Part shown: in pieces, positions 29,604-39,031 of the stretch
Position numbering within the stretch: the stretch's first letter is position 1
Layout: each line of letters starts with the position of its first letter
Assembly (NCBI GenBank): GCA_030666865.1
Contig: DAOUWZ010000001.1
Location: forward strand, 44,753-108,752
DNA from: a bacterium
Lineage (GTDB): Bacteria > Patescibacteriota > Patescibacteriia > S139-126
Length of the DNA stretch: 64,000 bases
Reading direction: 5' to 3'
The notes under the pieces: generated by a model
Told to the model about the DNA's origin: nothing
Database searches by the model: none
The model's input: only the letters and a program-made list of their open reading frames with translations
Translations under genes and position numbers: made by a program

Positions 29604-31161
29604 TAAAGTTATTTAATAATTTATCTTCTAAACTATCTGTTATTTCTTGAAAAAAATATGGGTGACTTTGCAGAGTGTTAAAGCTCTTATCTTCTAATAG
29701 TTTATACTCTTTGTCAAAATACTGATTACTAATCAATCTAAAAGTATTAACTGGCGAAATAGATTGATATAAACTGTTATACTTTTTGTCAAAAAAATAA
29801 TAGGCATTTAATATAGCAAACTTTTCTTTCAAATATGAACCTTCTAAACTATTTGTGCGGTAATGCGACATTGGACCATGATCAGCTTGTAAAATAATAA
29901 TACTTGGTCTAGTAGCATTCTCTAATATTTTGGTTATAGATTCTTTTAATTTTAAATCAACAAATTTTAATTGTTCACCATAAGAGTTTATATACTCTTG
30001 CCTGGAATTTTCATCATTAATATTGAATTCATTAAGCAATAAAAATGCAGTTTCGTTTTCTACTAAACTACCATCTTTTTTAAAAATAAAAGGATAATGC
30101 GGGGCTATAATATGAGCTATTACAAATTTTGGTCCTGGTGCTTTAGAAACTTCTGGTAAATTTTTAAAAGTATACAAAATACGACTGCGACGAGAATTAA
30201 AGACAGTATAATTAATTAATCTAATTGGAATATTTAATAAGGGAGTCATTTTTATTATACTCATATGAAAATTATTTAATACACCTTTTGGGCTTAAATA
30301 ATAATCAACATTCTTTCTTTCTACAGTTGGTAATCCAGTGGCAAAATTGTAAGTTTTGTAACCTAAAGATTCTACTAGCTGTTGAAAAGTATTATACTTA
30401 AAGATTTTTTTAATTGGTGATATATCCATTAACCTTCTATCGTAACCATCGTGATATTCCATATTTAAAGATGAAGAAAGCGATAAAATAGTTCTAGGGT
30501 AATTAGTATAACTTTTTTCAGCCACATAAAACCCCTTATCTTTCAAAAAATTGATAAAATCACTATTATCAATATCATATATTTCCTCCAAAATATCACT
30601 ACGAGCATGAGCGTCAGTAACAATATAATAAATATCAGGTAAAATTTCTGGCGCTGCTGTAGTTTGTGTTACTACTATTTGTTGTTCATCATTTATTCCA
30701 GCTTTGACTTGATAAGAAACTATATTATAAATTGAAAATGCACAAAGAATAATAGCAGTAATATTTAAAAAATTATTTATTTTTGTTAACTTTTTATCTG
30801 ATATATATATACCTAAAAAGAATATTAATGGGAATAGGGCGTAAGCTGATAAAACAAGTAAACCACTCAAATCATAAGAGATAGATGTTGATTTCAATGT
30901 AATAGTGCGAATAAAATTGAATGAAAAAAACAAAATCACGCTCAACGAAGTGATGAAAGAAGTTTGTTTAACATTTTTCAAAATAACAAAAACTGTCAAC
31001 CAGACTATCCAAACAATTACCTCAACTATTAACAACGGCATCAAAATATCTCGTAAGTCTAAATGTTGTTGGTTATACACAAAAACATACAAAACTGGGT
31101 AAATGGCAAATAAAGCCACATTAATAAAAAACCATTTATACTTTTTCTCTTTATTTGGCAT
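29590..31161 (-). CDS. Membrane-anchored sulfatase/alkaline-phosphatase-fold protein (NoeB-like), paralog 1
   Basis: Same motifs; obvious duplicate of the neighbouring gene. Confidence 0.8.
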   Translation of the reverse strand: MPNKEKKYKWFFINVALFAIYPVLYVFVYNQQHLDLRDILMPLLIVEVIVWIVWLTVFVILKNVKQTSFITSLSVILFFSFNFIRTITLKSTSISYDLSGLLVLSAYALFPLIFFLGIYISDKKLTKINNFLNITAIILCAFSIYNIVSYQVKAGINDEQQIVVTQTTAAPEILPDIYYIVTDAHARSDILEEIYDIDNSDFINFLKDKGFYVAEKSYTNYPRTILSLSSSLNMEYHDGYDRRLMDISPIKKIFKYNTFQQLVESLGYKTYNFATGLPTVERKNVDYYLSPKGVLNNFHMSIIKMTPLLNIPIRLINYTVFNSRRSRILYTFKNLPEVSKAPGPKFVIAHIIAPHYPFIFKKDGSLVENETAFLLLNEFNINDENSRQEYINSYGEQLKFVDLKLKESITKILENATRPSIIILQADHGPMSHYRTNSLEGSYLKEKFAILNAYYFFDKKYNSLYQSISPVNTFRLISNQYFDKEYKLLEDKSFNTLQSHPYFFQEITDSLEDKLLNNFNEKY

Positions 31162-32572
31162 TCTTATTTCTCATCAAATATAAAACTCGTTTGCTTTCCG
31201 AAATCACTCCTGATTTCAGAATATCAAAATGAGTTGACATTGCTTTTTCAAAATTTTCTTGGCTATAATCTGAAAAAATATCCTCTCGATTCCATAACAG
31301 TTTCTGGGCATTGGAATCACTTTTTGGCACATATTCAATTATCAACCATTTTCCTATTTGTTGAAAAAAATCTGCCAATTTTAAAAATGGTATATTATTA
31401 CTTATAGATAAATGATGCATCAATGCCAGTGCTAATACCAAATCAGCTGGACCACGCTCTAACAAAGATTCCCGCTCAGCATGAGCCCAACCTAAAGCTG
31501 GACTAGGATTAGTAATATCCAAAACTAGAGGTAATAAATTTTTATTATTATTTTTAACAACTTCCCGACTATTTATCTCTACTGCCTCAAAATCAAAATC
31601 AAAAGCAACTGTAAAAATATCTTGCTTACTCAAAATCCTACTGAACTCGCCGGTATTAGCTCCCAAATCCCAAGCAGTAATTAATTTTTCATCAATACTG
31701 TCAACAAAACTGATAAAAACTTCTTTTTTCTTATTAAAAGACTCATCTGAATAATTTGTTTCTTGGTAATAGTTTGACCACTCACTGCGAGATATTTTCC
31801 ATTGTAAATTTTTAATGGTATTGGCTAAATTATCCAATATACTTAGTAAAGCTTGTTTAGATATTTTTATATTTTTTTGTTTGGAAAATTTTTCCGAATA
31901 ATGTTTTTGAGTTTTAGCATGTAAATGAATATGCGATAAAAGAGAAAATGATAATTTAGATTTAACTGGTAACAATTTACTTGCCAGATCCAAAGGAATG
32001 CCATCTATATATTCTCTTAATAAATTTTGTAATCTAATATCAACCATAGACATAAGTGCCAATGGTGCTAAAAAATGCTGGCAGAATTGCCTGTAAGCAA
32101 TCCATGGTGTGTTTGGCTTATATTTTTTAAAAGATAGGGTGTCTATCAATAATGGCTTATTTTCATAAAACTGAATATTATAAGCACTAGCATCTTTTAA
32201 TATCATGTTATGAGTCAAGGCAATTTTTTGTATTTGCAGAGTTGCCAAAGCTGCTTGCTTGAATCGCGAAAAACTCCATTCATACGGATAAGAAAAAAAA
32301 GGAATCTCTTGTGGAGATATTATCTTGTAAGCATCGTCAGACTGCTTAAAATCTCTAAGTGAAACTTCTTCATGTTTGATGACTAAATTTTCTTTCAATA
32401 AACTTTCATACAATCCGCTTTCCATCAAATAATCATAATCAACTTGATATATTTTATTAATCTGACGATATATTTTATTATCTTTAATAAAAACAAATCC
32501 GCTGGGATCGCGAAAAGAAGATGGCAAAATTTGATTATTTTTATTTTTCATTTTCGTCAATTTTTTGCTCAA
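31151..32572 (-). CDS. NoeA-like protein: kinase-like N-domain plus class I SAM methyltransferase
   Basis: SFRDPSG, YPYEWSF, LKDASAYNIQF, IDTLSF; WDLGANTGEFS, LALALMHH. Confidence 0.8.
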   Translation of the reverse strand: MSKKLTKMKNKNNQILPSSFRDPSGFVFIKDNKIYRQINKIYQVDYDYLMESGLYESLLKENLVIKHEEVSLRDFKQSDDAYKIISPQEIPFFSYPYEWSFSRFKQAALATLQIQKIALTHNMILKDASAYNIQFYENKPLLIDTLSFKKYKPNTPWIAYRQFCQHFLAPLALMSMVDIRLQNLLREYIDGIPLDLASKLLPVKSKLSFSLLSHIHLHAKTQKHYSEKFSKQKNIKISKQALLSILDNLANTIKNLQWKISRSEWSNYYQETNYSDESFNKKKEVFISFVDSIDEKLITAWDLGANTGEFSRILSKQDIFTVAFDFDFEAVEINSREVVKNNNKNLLPLVLDITNPSPALGWAHAERESLLERGPADLVLALALMHHLSISNNIPFLKLADFFQQIGKWLIIEYVPKSDSNAQKLLWNREDIFSDYSQENFEKAMSTHFDILKSGVISESKRVLYLMRNKNAK

Positions 32573-32786
32573 CTTTCTTTTTTGAAAAAACCGAACTTAA
32601 AATTTTAAATAATTTTGACCAAAAATTCTTAAACATAAACGTTACGCTAAGCAAACCAGCTAAAATTATCTGTACAATATAACTGCCTGTCCCTGGATCT
32701 AGATAAGCGTAAGAAATTTTCGGAATTAGTAAACAATAAACAGCTGCTAAAAATAAAAAAAACGTTAAATTTTGATGTTTTGACAT
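32541..32786 (-). CDS. Small membrane peptide with YLDPGTGS motif
   Basis: Signal-like N-terminus ending SYA, then YLDPGTGS, one TM helix, basic tail. Confidence 0.8.
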   Translation of the reverse strand: MSKHQNLTFFLFLAAVYCLLIPKISYAYLDPGTGSYIVQIILAGLLSVTFMFKNFWSKLFKILSSVFSKKKVEQKIDENEK

Positions 32787-32928
32787 GGGAAATTTATTTA
32801 AATTTTATAATAAAATTATTGTTACAATAAGTCTATTACTATTATACAAAATTTTACGTACTTTTACTATAAAACCCGCTCATCCTATAAATAAAAGTTG
32901 AACGGGTTTAAAACTTCAAAATATAAAA

Positions 32929-34902
32929 CTAAAGTAGTGGCGCGATAACAATTGCTATAATAGCCATTAACTTAATCAAAATGTTTAAACTTGGACCAGA
33001 AGTATCTTTAAAAGGATCGCCAACCGTATCACCAACAACAGCTGCTTTATGAACATCGCTTCCTTTTCCGCCTAAATTACCAGCTTCAACATATTTTTTG
33101 GCATTATCCCAAGCACCACCAGAATTAGCCATAATAACAGCTAATAAGAATCCAACCACAATAGAGCCTACTAACATTCCGGCCAAAGCCTCGCTACCTA
33201 AAATAAATCCTACCAATACTGGTGAAATTATTGCTAAAACTCCTGGCAAAATCATATGTTTTAAGGCTGAGGTAGTAGAAATATCTACGCACCTTTTATA
33301 ATCAGGCTTACCAGTTCCTTCCATAATTCCTGGAATTTCTTTGAACTGCCTTCTAACTTCTTCAACCATTTCTTGAGCAGAGGTTCCAACTGACTTCATA
33401 GTTAAAGCTGAAAAAACAGCTGGCAATAATCCGCCAAGGAATGTTCCAATTAAAACACTGGGCTTTAAAATATCTACATAATCTAAATTAACAACTAAGC
33501 CATAGGTAATTAAAAGCACTAAAGCAGTAAGAGCTGCGCTGCCAATGGCAAAACCTTTACCGATCGCAGCCGTAGTATTGCCAATAGCATCAAGAGTTTC
33601 TGCTCTCTCTCTAGTCTCTTGTCCAAGCCCTGCCATTTCAGCAATACCAGCAGCATTATCAGCTACTGGACCGAAACTATCAGTAGCAAGTGTAATACCA
33701 AGCGTGGCAAGCATACCAACCGCGGCCATAGCAATATTATAAATACTTATTTCAGCAGTGCTGCCAAGTTGATAAGCAATCCAAATAGTGGCACAAACTG
33801 CTGCTACTGGAATAATCGTTGAAATCATTCCCAACGATAAACCAGAAATGATATTTGTTGCCGGACCAGTCTTTGAGGCTTCGGCAACGCTTCTAGTTGG
33901 TTTGTTTTTTTCAGAAGTATAGTACTCAGTAGCTAAACCAATAATTACACCTGAAACTAAACCAGCGATAATTGACCAGAACACTCCGCTATTGGCAACT
34001 GTACCTTTGACCAAAAAATATGAACCAAGAGCAACAATTATTCCGGCAGTCCAAATACCAAAATTTAAAATTGAGTGAATTGATCCTGATTTACGTAAAC
34101 TTATAACAACATTGCCAATTAGAGAAGCGATAATTCCAAAACCGGCAATTAATAAAGGCAAATAAACCGCAGTTTCTCCAAGCATAAAATTAGCAGCTAC
34201 CCCAAGTGCCATTGCCGCAATAAGTGAATCACTATACGACTCAAACAAATCAGCGCCCATACCAGCAACGTCTCCTACATTATCACCAACATTATCGGCG
34301 ATAGTAGCTGGATTTCTTGGATCATCTTCTGGAATCCCAGCTTCAACCTTTCCTACCAGATCCGCTCCAACATCTGCCGCTTTGGTGTAAATACCACCGC
34401 CAACTCTAGCAAAAAGAGCTACTGATGAAGCGCCAAAACCAAAACTATAAATAACATTTGGATCTCCAATAAAATAATAAAGCGCCCCAATTGTCACTAA
34501 AGACAAACCAGTAACAGATAGTCCCATTACTGATCCTGACGAAAAGGCTACTTTTAATCCAGCAAAAATATTATCTTTTACTGCCTCAGCAGTTCTGGAA
34601 TTTGCCAAAGTTGCAATTCTCATACCAATATTACCGGCCAGAGCTGAAACAATTGCCCCGAGAATAAAACATCCTGCTTGAGACCAGCCAAGCCCAAAAC
34701 CCATAACAACCATGACAACTAAAACAAAAACTGATAAAATTTTATACTCTTTATTCAAAAAAGCCATAGCGCCTTCATGAATATAACTGGCAATTTCACC
34801 AACCTTCTCCTCCTTTATTTTTACTTTTTTGATTTGGAATGCTAAGACCCCAGCATATGCCAGACCCAAAACACCAGCTCCAATTGCATAAAAATAAGAC
34901 AT
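32929..34902 (-). CDS. hppA: Membrane-integral pyrophosphatase (K+-dependent, probably Na+-translocating)
   Basis: [35 protein letters not shown] (Ala marks K+ dependence), [10 protein letters not shown]. Confidence 0.95.
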   Translation of the reverse strand: MSYFYAIGAGVLGLAYAGVLAFQIKKVKIKEEKVGEIASYIHEGAMAFLNKEYKILSVFVLVVMVVMGFGLGWSQAGCFILGAIVSALAGNIGMRIATLANSRTAEAVKDNIFAGLKVAFSSGSVMGLSVTGLSLVTIGALYYFIGDPNVIYSFGFGASSVALFARVGGGIYTKAADVGADLVGKVEAGIPEDDPRNPATIADNVGDNVGDVAGMGADLFESYSDSLIAAMALGVAANFMLGETAVYLPLLIAGFGIIASLIGNVVISLRKSGSIHSILNFGIWTAGIIVALGSYFLVKGTVANSGVFWSIIAGLVSGVIIGLATEYYTSEKNKPTRSVAEASKTGPATNIISGLSLGMISTIIPVAAVCATIWIAYQLGSTAEISIYNIAMAAVGMLATLGITLATDSFGPVADNAAGIAEMAGLGQETRERAETLDAIGNTTAAIGKGFAIGSAALTALVLLITYGLVVNLDYVDILKPSVLIGTFLGGLLPAVFSALTMKSVGTSAQEMVEEVRRQFKEIPGIMEGTGKPDYKRCVDISTTSALKHMILPGVLAIISPVLVGFILGSEALAGMLVGSIVVGFLLAVIMANSGGAWDNAKKYVEAGNLGGKGSDVHKAAVVGDTVGDPFKDTSGPSLNILIKLMAIIAIVIAPLL

Positions 34903-34955
34903 AATGTATTTTTAATTAATTATAAATACCTACTTATTTAGAATATATTAATAAA

Positions 34956-36335
34956 TTATTTTTCTGGCTTAATAGTTTCTTCAATAACTTTTTCTGCTTC
35001 TCCGTCCACTTCTTCGGATTCTTCTTCTCCTGTATTTTCCTCTTCATCTGTTTTTGATTCTTTCTCCTTCTCCTTTTTAGATTTTTTTTCTCTGCCTGCC
35101 CTTTCTTCTTCGGTTTGTTTTTCAGACTGCTTTTTATCTTCGTCCTTTTCTACATTTACTACTTTACCTTCTTCAGATGCAATATCAATTTTCCAACCAG
35201 TTAATTTCGCTGCTAATCTGACATTTTGTCCAGCTTTCCCTATAGCCAAAGAAAGTTGATCCTCTTTAACTAAAGCAGTTGCCTTTTTCTCTTTTTCATC
35301 AATATCAACTGACAAAATCTGAGCTGGTGAAAGTGAATTGGAAATAAATTGCTTAATATCTTCATTCCATTCAATAATATCAATTTTTTCCCCGCCCAAT
35401 TCACTAATAATTGTTTGCACCCTGGTGCCTCGCTGACCTACGCATGAACCGATTGGATCAATATTTTCTTGATGAGCTACTACCGCAATTTTTGATCTAC
35501 CACCCGCCTCCCTGGAAACAGCTTTTATTTCAACTGTTCCAGCGGCAATTTCTGGCACCTCTAAAGTGAACAATTTAATTAATATTTCTGGATGTGAACG
35601 AGAGGCGATTATTTCCGGCCCTTTATTACCACGATTAACAGACACGAGATATATTTTTACCCTCATGCCTGGGCGTAAATTTTCTCCAGGTATTTGCTCA
35701 TCAGCAGGCAATATTGCAAAAACTTTACCAAGATCAATAAACGCGGTCCTACCTTCAACTCTTTGAATAGTGCCATTGATTAATTCTCCTTCTTGAGATT
35801 TATAATCACTAAATATTGTATCTCTCTCAACTTCTCTCAATTTTTGAATAATAACCTGCTTAGCAGTTTGAGCAGCTACTCTACCATAATCAGCTGGTAC
35901 TTCTAGCTCTTGGGTTAGCACATCGCCAATCTCTGCTTTTTTATCAATTTTTCTAGATTCACTAAGCATAAGATCGGTTTTAGGATTGTATCTTTTCATA
36001 TCAGTAATTTCAGCTGGGTCAGGCTCATTAAATTCTTTGCCTGCTTCTTCAGCTTTTTTCTTTTTTTCATACCATTCTTCCTTTAAAACACGAAATTCTT
36101 CTCTTTCTTTTTCCAATTCTTCCAAATCAAAATCCTCAACAACTGTTTTTTCATCAAAAACTCTAGCCCCGCCTGTTTCGGGAATAAATTGAACTTTAAT
36201 ATTTTGATCTTTACTGCCAAAATCTTTACGAAAGGCAGCTGCTAAAGCTGCTTCAATAGTTTCAATTACTAATTCCTTCTTTAGGCCTTTTTCATCACAA
36301 ATCTGCTGAATAGCGGCCATGATTGGATTTGACAT
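34956..36335 (-). CDS. nusA: Transcription factor NusA
   Basis: GRVAAQTAKQV, S1 and KH domains, AIGKAGQNVRLA. Confidence 0.97.
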   Translation of the reverse strand: MSNPIMAAIQQICDEKGLKKELVIETIEAALAAAFRKDFGSKDQNIKVQFIPETGGARVFDEKTVVEDFDLEELEKEREEFRVLKEEWYEKKKKAEEAGKEFNEPDPAEITDMKRYNPKTDLMLSESRKIDKKAEIGDVLTQELEVPADYGRVAAQTAKQVIIQKLREVERDTIFSDYKSQEGELINGTIQRVEGRTAFIDLGKVFAILPADEQIPGENLRPGMRVKIYLVSVNRGNKGPEIIASRSHPEILIKLFTLEVPEIAAGTVEIKAVSREAGGRSKIAVVAHQENIDPIGSCVGQRGTRVQTIISELGGEKIDIIEWNEDIKQFISNSLSPAQILSVDIDEKEKKATALVKEDQLSLAIGKAGQNVRLAAKLTGWKIDIASEEGKVVNVEKDEDKKQSEKQTEEERAGREKKSKKEKEKESKTDEEENTGEEESEEVDGEAEKVIEETIKPEK

Positions 36336-36487
36336 AAATATAAATTAAAAATTATCCATAAAAAATAACTAGTATTAAATACTAGCTTAATTTAAATATA
36401 ATGGAATTATTCTTTATTGTCAACCTTGACAAATAACAATTTTTTAGTTATGATTTGTAATCAGTAAAATATGATAGGAGGAATAAA

Positions 36488-36988
36488 TTGGACATTAAAA
36501 AAATAATACTGCAATATTTCCCTGAAGCAGTTCTTGACGTAATAACAATAAAAAAAGAAGCAACTAAAACATTCATAGAATTATTTCCTGGAAACAGCAT
36601 TAATCACACAGCTATTTTGTATATTTCTGAAAAGGACTTTTTAGACAAAAAATTTTTTAATCTAAAAATAATTCACGAAATTAGTCACTTTTTATCTGGT
36701 TATTATACAAACGATATGATGGATCGGCTGAATAAATTGAGAGGCGCAAAACACTTTAATTCTTTACTTACTTTTTTAATTAATCTGATTGGTCTGCTTA
36801 GCGGTCAAACGTTAAAAAATGAATTAAGTGCTGACTTTAAAAGCCTTAAAATAATTAATGACAAAACAAATTATACCAAAGATGATTATCTTGAATTCAT
36901 CAAGCAATCAATCAATAAACAAGGAGATGGTATAATCTTAAAAATACTATTTATTTTGAGGAGAAGGGAAATATTAAAATTTACTTAA
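36488..36988 (+). CDS. Hypothetical HExxH protein (M48-like peptidase?)
   Basis: IIHEISH followed by NELSAD. Confidence 0.55.
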   Translation: MDIKKIILQYFPEAVLDVITIKKEATKTFIELFPGNSINHTAILYISEKDFLDKKFFNLKIIHEISHFLSGYYTNDMMDRLNKLRGAKHFNSLLTFLINLIGLLSGQTLKNELSADFKSLKIINDKTNYTKDDYLEFIKQSINKQGDGIILKILFILRRREILKFT

Positions 36989-37077
36989 AAGATTTGGAAG
37001 TCTCCAAATCTTTTTTTTGACAAAAACATAAATTTATGCTAATATAAAATATATTCATAATAATTAACTCATGAATT

Positions 37078-37275
37078 ATGAACATGGAACAACCAAATAC
37101 CACTTGCGCATGCGGCGAACCTATTGGAGAAAAAAGAGTAGCTTTAGGATGTAGTACTTGTTTAAAATGCGCAGAAAAAAATCCTGGAAAAGACTCATTG
37201 GGTGTTGATTCTAGTGGTAAAATATATAATACTGACTTAGGAAAAAATTTAGAAGATATAAAAGAAAAAGAATAG
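37078..37275 (+). CDS. Small TraR/DksA-type C4 zinc-finger protein
   Basis: CACGEPIGEKRVALGCSTCLKC. Confidence 0.6.
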   Translation: MNMEQPNTTCACGEPIGEKRVALGCSTCLKCAEKNPGKDSLGVDSSGKIYNTDLGKNLEDIKEKE

Positions 37276-37323
37276 TATTGATTTTTTTCAAACATAAAAA
37301 ATCCCGCTAAATTGCGGGTTTTT

Positions 37324-37455
37324 TTATAACCCTTCTAATTTATCTCTTACTTGTTCCAGCTTTTCTCTTTCCATAATCACCACTTGCTCGGGTGCGTTAT
37401 CTATAAATAAATTATTATTTACTATCCCAACTGCTATATTTTTTGACCGGGTTTT
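37324..37455 (-). pseudogene. Relic of the valyl-tRNA synthetase C-terminal coiled coil
   Basis: NNLFIDNAPEQVVIMEREKLEQVRDKLEGL* resembles ValS NxxFxxxAPxxVVxxERxKL; no start codon. Confidence 0.65.
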
Positions 37456-37878
37456 CTAATATTCAATTATTCTGATCTTCAAGTTTTTACTATAAGCTAA
37501 ATCTATCTTCAAAACACTTTCTGGCCAAGAGCCTTTTATCCGTTCTGGCCACTCTACTACCACTAAACTTTCCGGATCTCTCAAATAATCAGTCAATCCT
37601 AAATCATCAACATTAACATCAAATTCAATTCGATACAAATCAACATGCACCAGTCTTTTAAAAAATTTATTTTTTAGTTTGTAAATTTTCATTAAAACAT
37701 AACTAGGACTAGTAATCACCTCGTCAACTCCCAATACTTTAGCTATTCCTTTGGCTAGCGTTGTTTTACCAACTCCTAAATCACCTTGTAGCAAAACAAT
37801 ATGTCTATTATTAAGATTAGCTAATATATCTTTAGCTAAATTCATAGTCTCCTCTAATGAGCAGGTAACCTTTTTCAT
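37456..37878 (-). CDS. tsaE: tRNA t6A biosynthesis ATPase
   Basis: GDLGVGKTT, SPSY, HVDLYR, VEWPE. Confidence 0.95.
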   Translation of the reverse strand: MKKVTCSLEETMNLAKDILANLNNRHIVLLQGDLGVGKTTLAKGIAKVLGVDEVITSPSYVLMKIYKLKNKFFKRLVHVDLYRIEFDVNVDDLGLTDYLRDPESLVVVEWPERIKGSWPESVLKIDLAYSKNLKIRIIEY

Positions 37879-37882
37879 ATCT

Positions 37883-38935
37883 TTATTTTATTTTCATATT
37901 AGGATTGACTGACAACTCTAAATAACTCTTCTTGCCACTTGCCGTGCCTGCCGCTTGTTTCTTATTACATAACAGATATCCCGCCAAAGCGATCATGGCA
38001 GCATTATCGCCCGTATACATTATTTCTGGGACCCTGACCTCAATATTATTTTTTGCAAAGGTTGATTTTATTTCCTGTCTTAATTTTTTGTTTGCACTAA
38101 CACCGCCACTGATAGCGATTATTTTAATTGGATAATTTTCTATCGCTATTTTTAATTTTTGTATCAAAGTATCAATGACAGCGGTCTCGAAACTGGCTGC
38201 CATATCGTTTACATATTCTTTATTTTTATTTTTAATTTTTTTATCTTTATACAAAACCGCTGTCTTCAAACCAGCAAAAGAAAAATCAAAATTTCTCTTT
38301 TTTGTCATTGGCCGAGGCAAATCAAATTTATCTCCTCGGCCTAAAACTGCCTTTTTACTAATTTCCGGTCCACCAGGATAAGCTAAACCTAATATTTTTG
38401 CTACTTTATCAAAAGCTTCTCCTGCAGCATCATCCACAGTTCGCCCTAACACTTTATACTTATGATAATTTTCCACTAAGACCAATTCGGTATGACCGCC
38501 AGAAACTATCAATCCTAAATAAGGAAATTCTGTTTTTATCTTGCCTAACTCCTTTGGTAATTTTAGCTGCCAAGACCATAAATGCCCAACTAAATGATTA
38601 ACCGGAATTAACGGTATGTTTTGAACAAATGCAATAGTCTTAGCTGTTTCCAATCCAACCATTAAAGACCCAGCCAGTCCTGGTCCTTGGGTCACTGCTA
38701 TTAAATCAATATCAGTAAAGGCTAAATTCGCATCACTTAAAGCTTGTTTAATGATAGGAATAGTGTCCTTACTATGCTGCCTGGCCGCTACTTCTGGCAC
38801 TACTCCGCCATACTCGGCATGAATATCAACTTGTGAATTTACTAAATTTGATAATACTTTAATATTATCTTGAACAACCTCAACTACGGAGGCTGAGGTT
38901 TCATCACATGATGTTTCGATCCCTAATATTTTCAT
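37883..38935 (-). CDS. tsaD: tRNA N6-threonylcarbamoyltransferase
   Basis: GIETSCDET, HLVGH, VSGGHT, DDAAGEAFDK, DNAAMIA. Confidence 0.97.
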   Translation of the reverse strand: MKILGIETSCDETSASVVEVVQDNIKVLSNLVNSQVDIHAEYGGVVPEVAARQHSKDTIPIIKQALSDANLAFTDIDLIAVTQGPGLAGSLMVGLETAKTIAFVQNIPLIPVNHLVGHLWSWQLKLPKELGKIKTEFPYLGLIVSGGHTELVLVENYHKYKVLGRTVDDAAGEAFDKVAKILGLAYPGGPEISKKAVLGRGDKFDLPRPMTKKRNFDFSFAGLKTAVLYKDKKIKNKNKEYVNDMAASFETAVIDTLIQKLKIAIENYPIKIIAISGGVSANKKLRQEIKSTFAKNNIEVRVPEIMYTGDNAAMIALAGYLLCNKKQAAGTASGKKSYLELSVNPNMKIK

Positions 38936-38981
38936 AAATTTAATTTATTAGCATAATAATTATAACCCAAGAACCATATAC

Positions 38982-39010
38982 TTGACAAAAAGCCAAAAAT
39001 ATGCTAGTAT
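38982..39010 (+). promoter_or_regulatory. Sigma70 promoter
   Basis: TTGACA-17 nt-TAGTAT with extended TG. Confidence 0.65.
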
Positions 39011-39031
39011 ATACTGTTATTAATATATAGT

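Noticed and set aside
37456-37458. Stop-codon reassignment (TAG read-through or code 25)
   Set aside because: TAG and TGA terminate other genes at expected positions (nrdD, tyrS, ruvC), and long ORFs are intact in code 11
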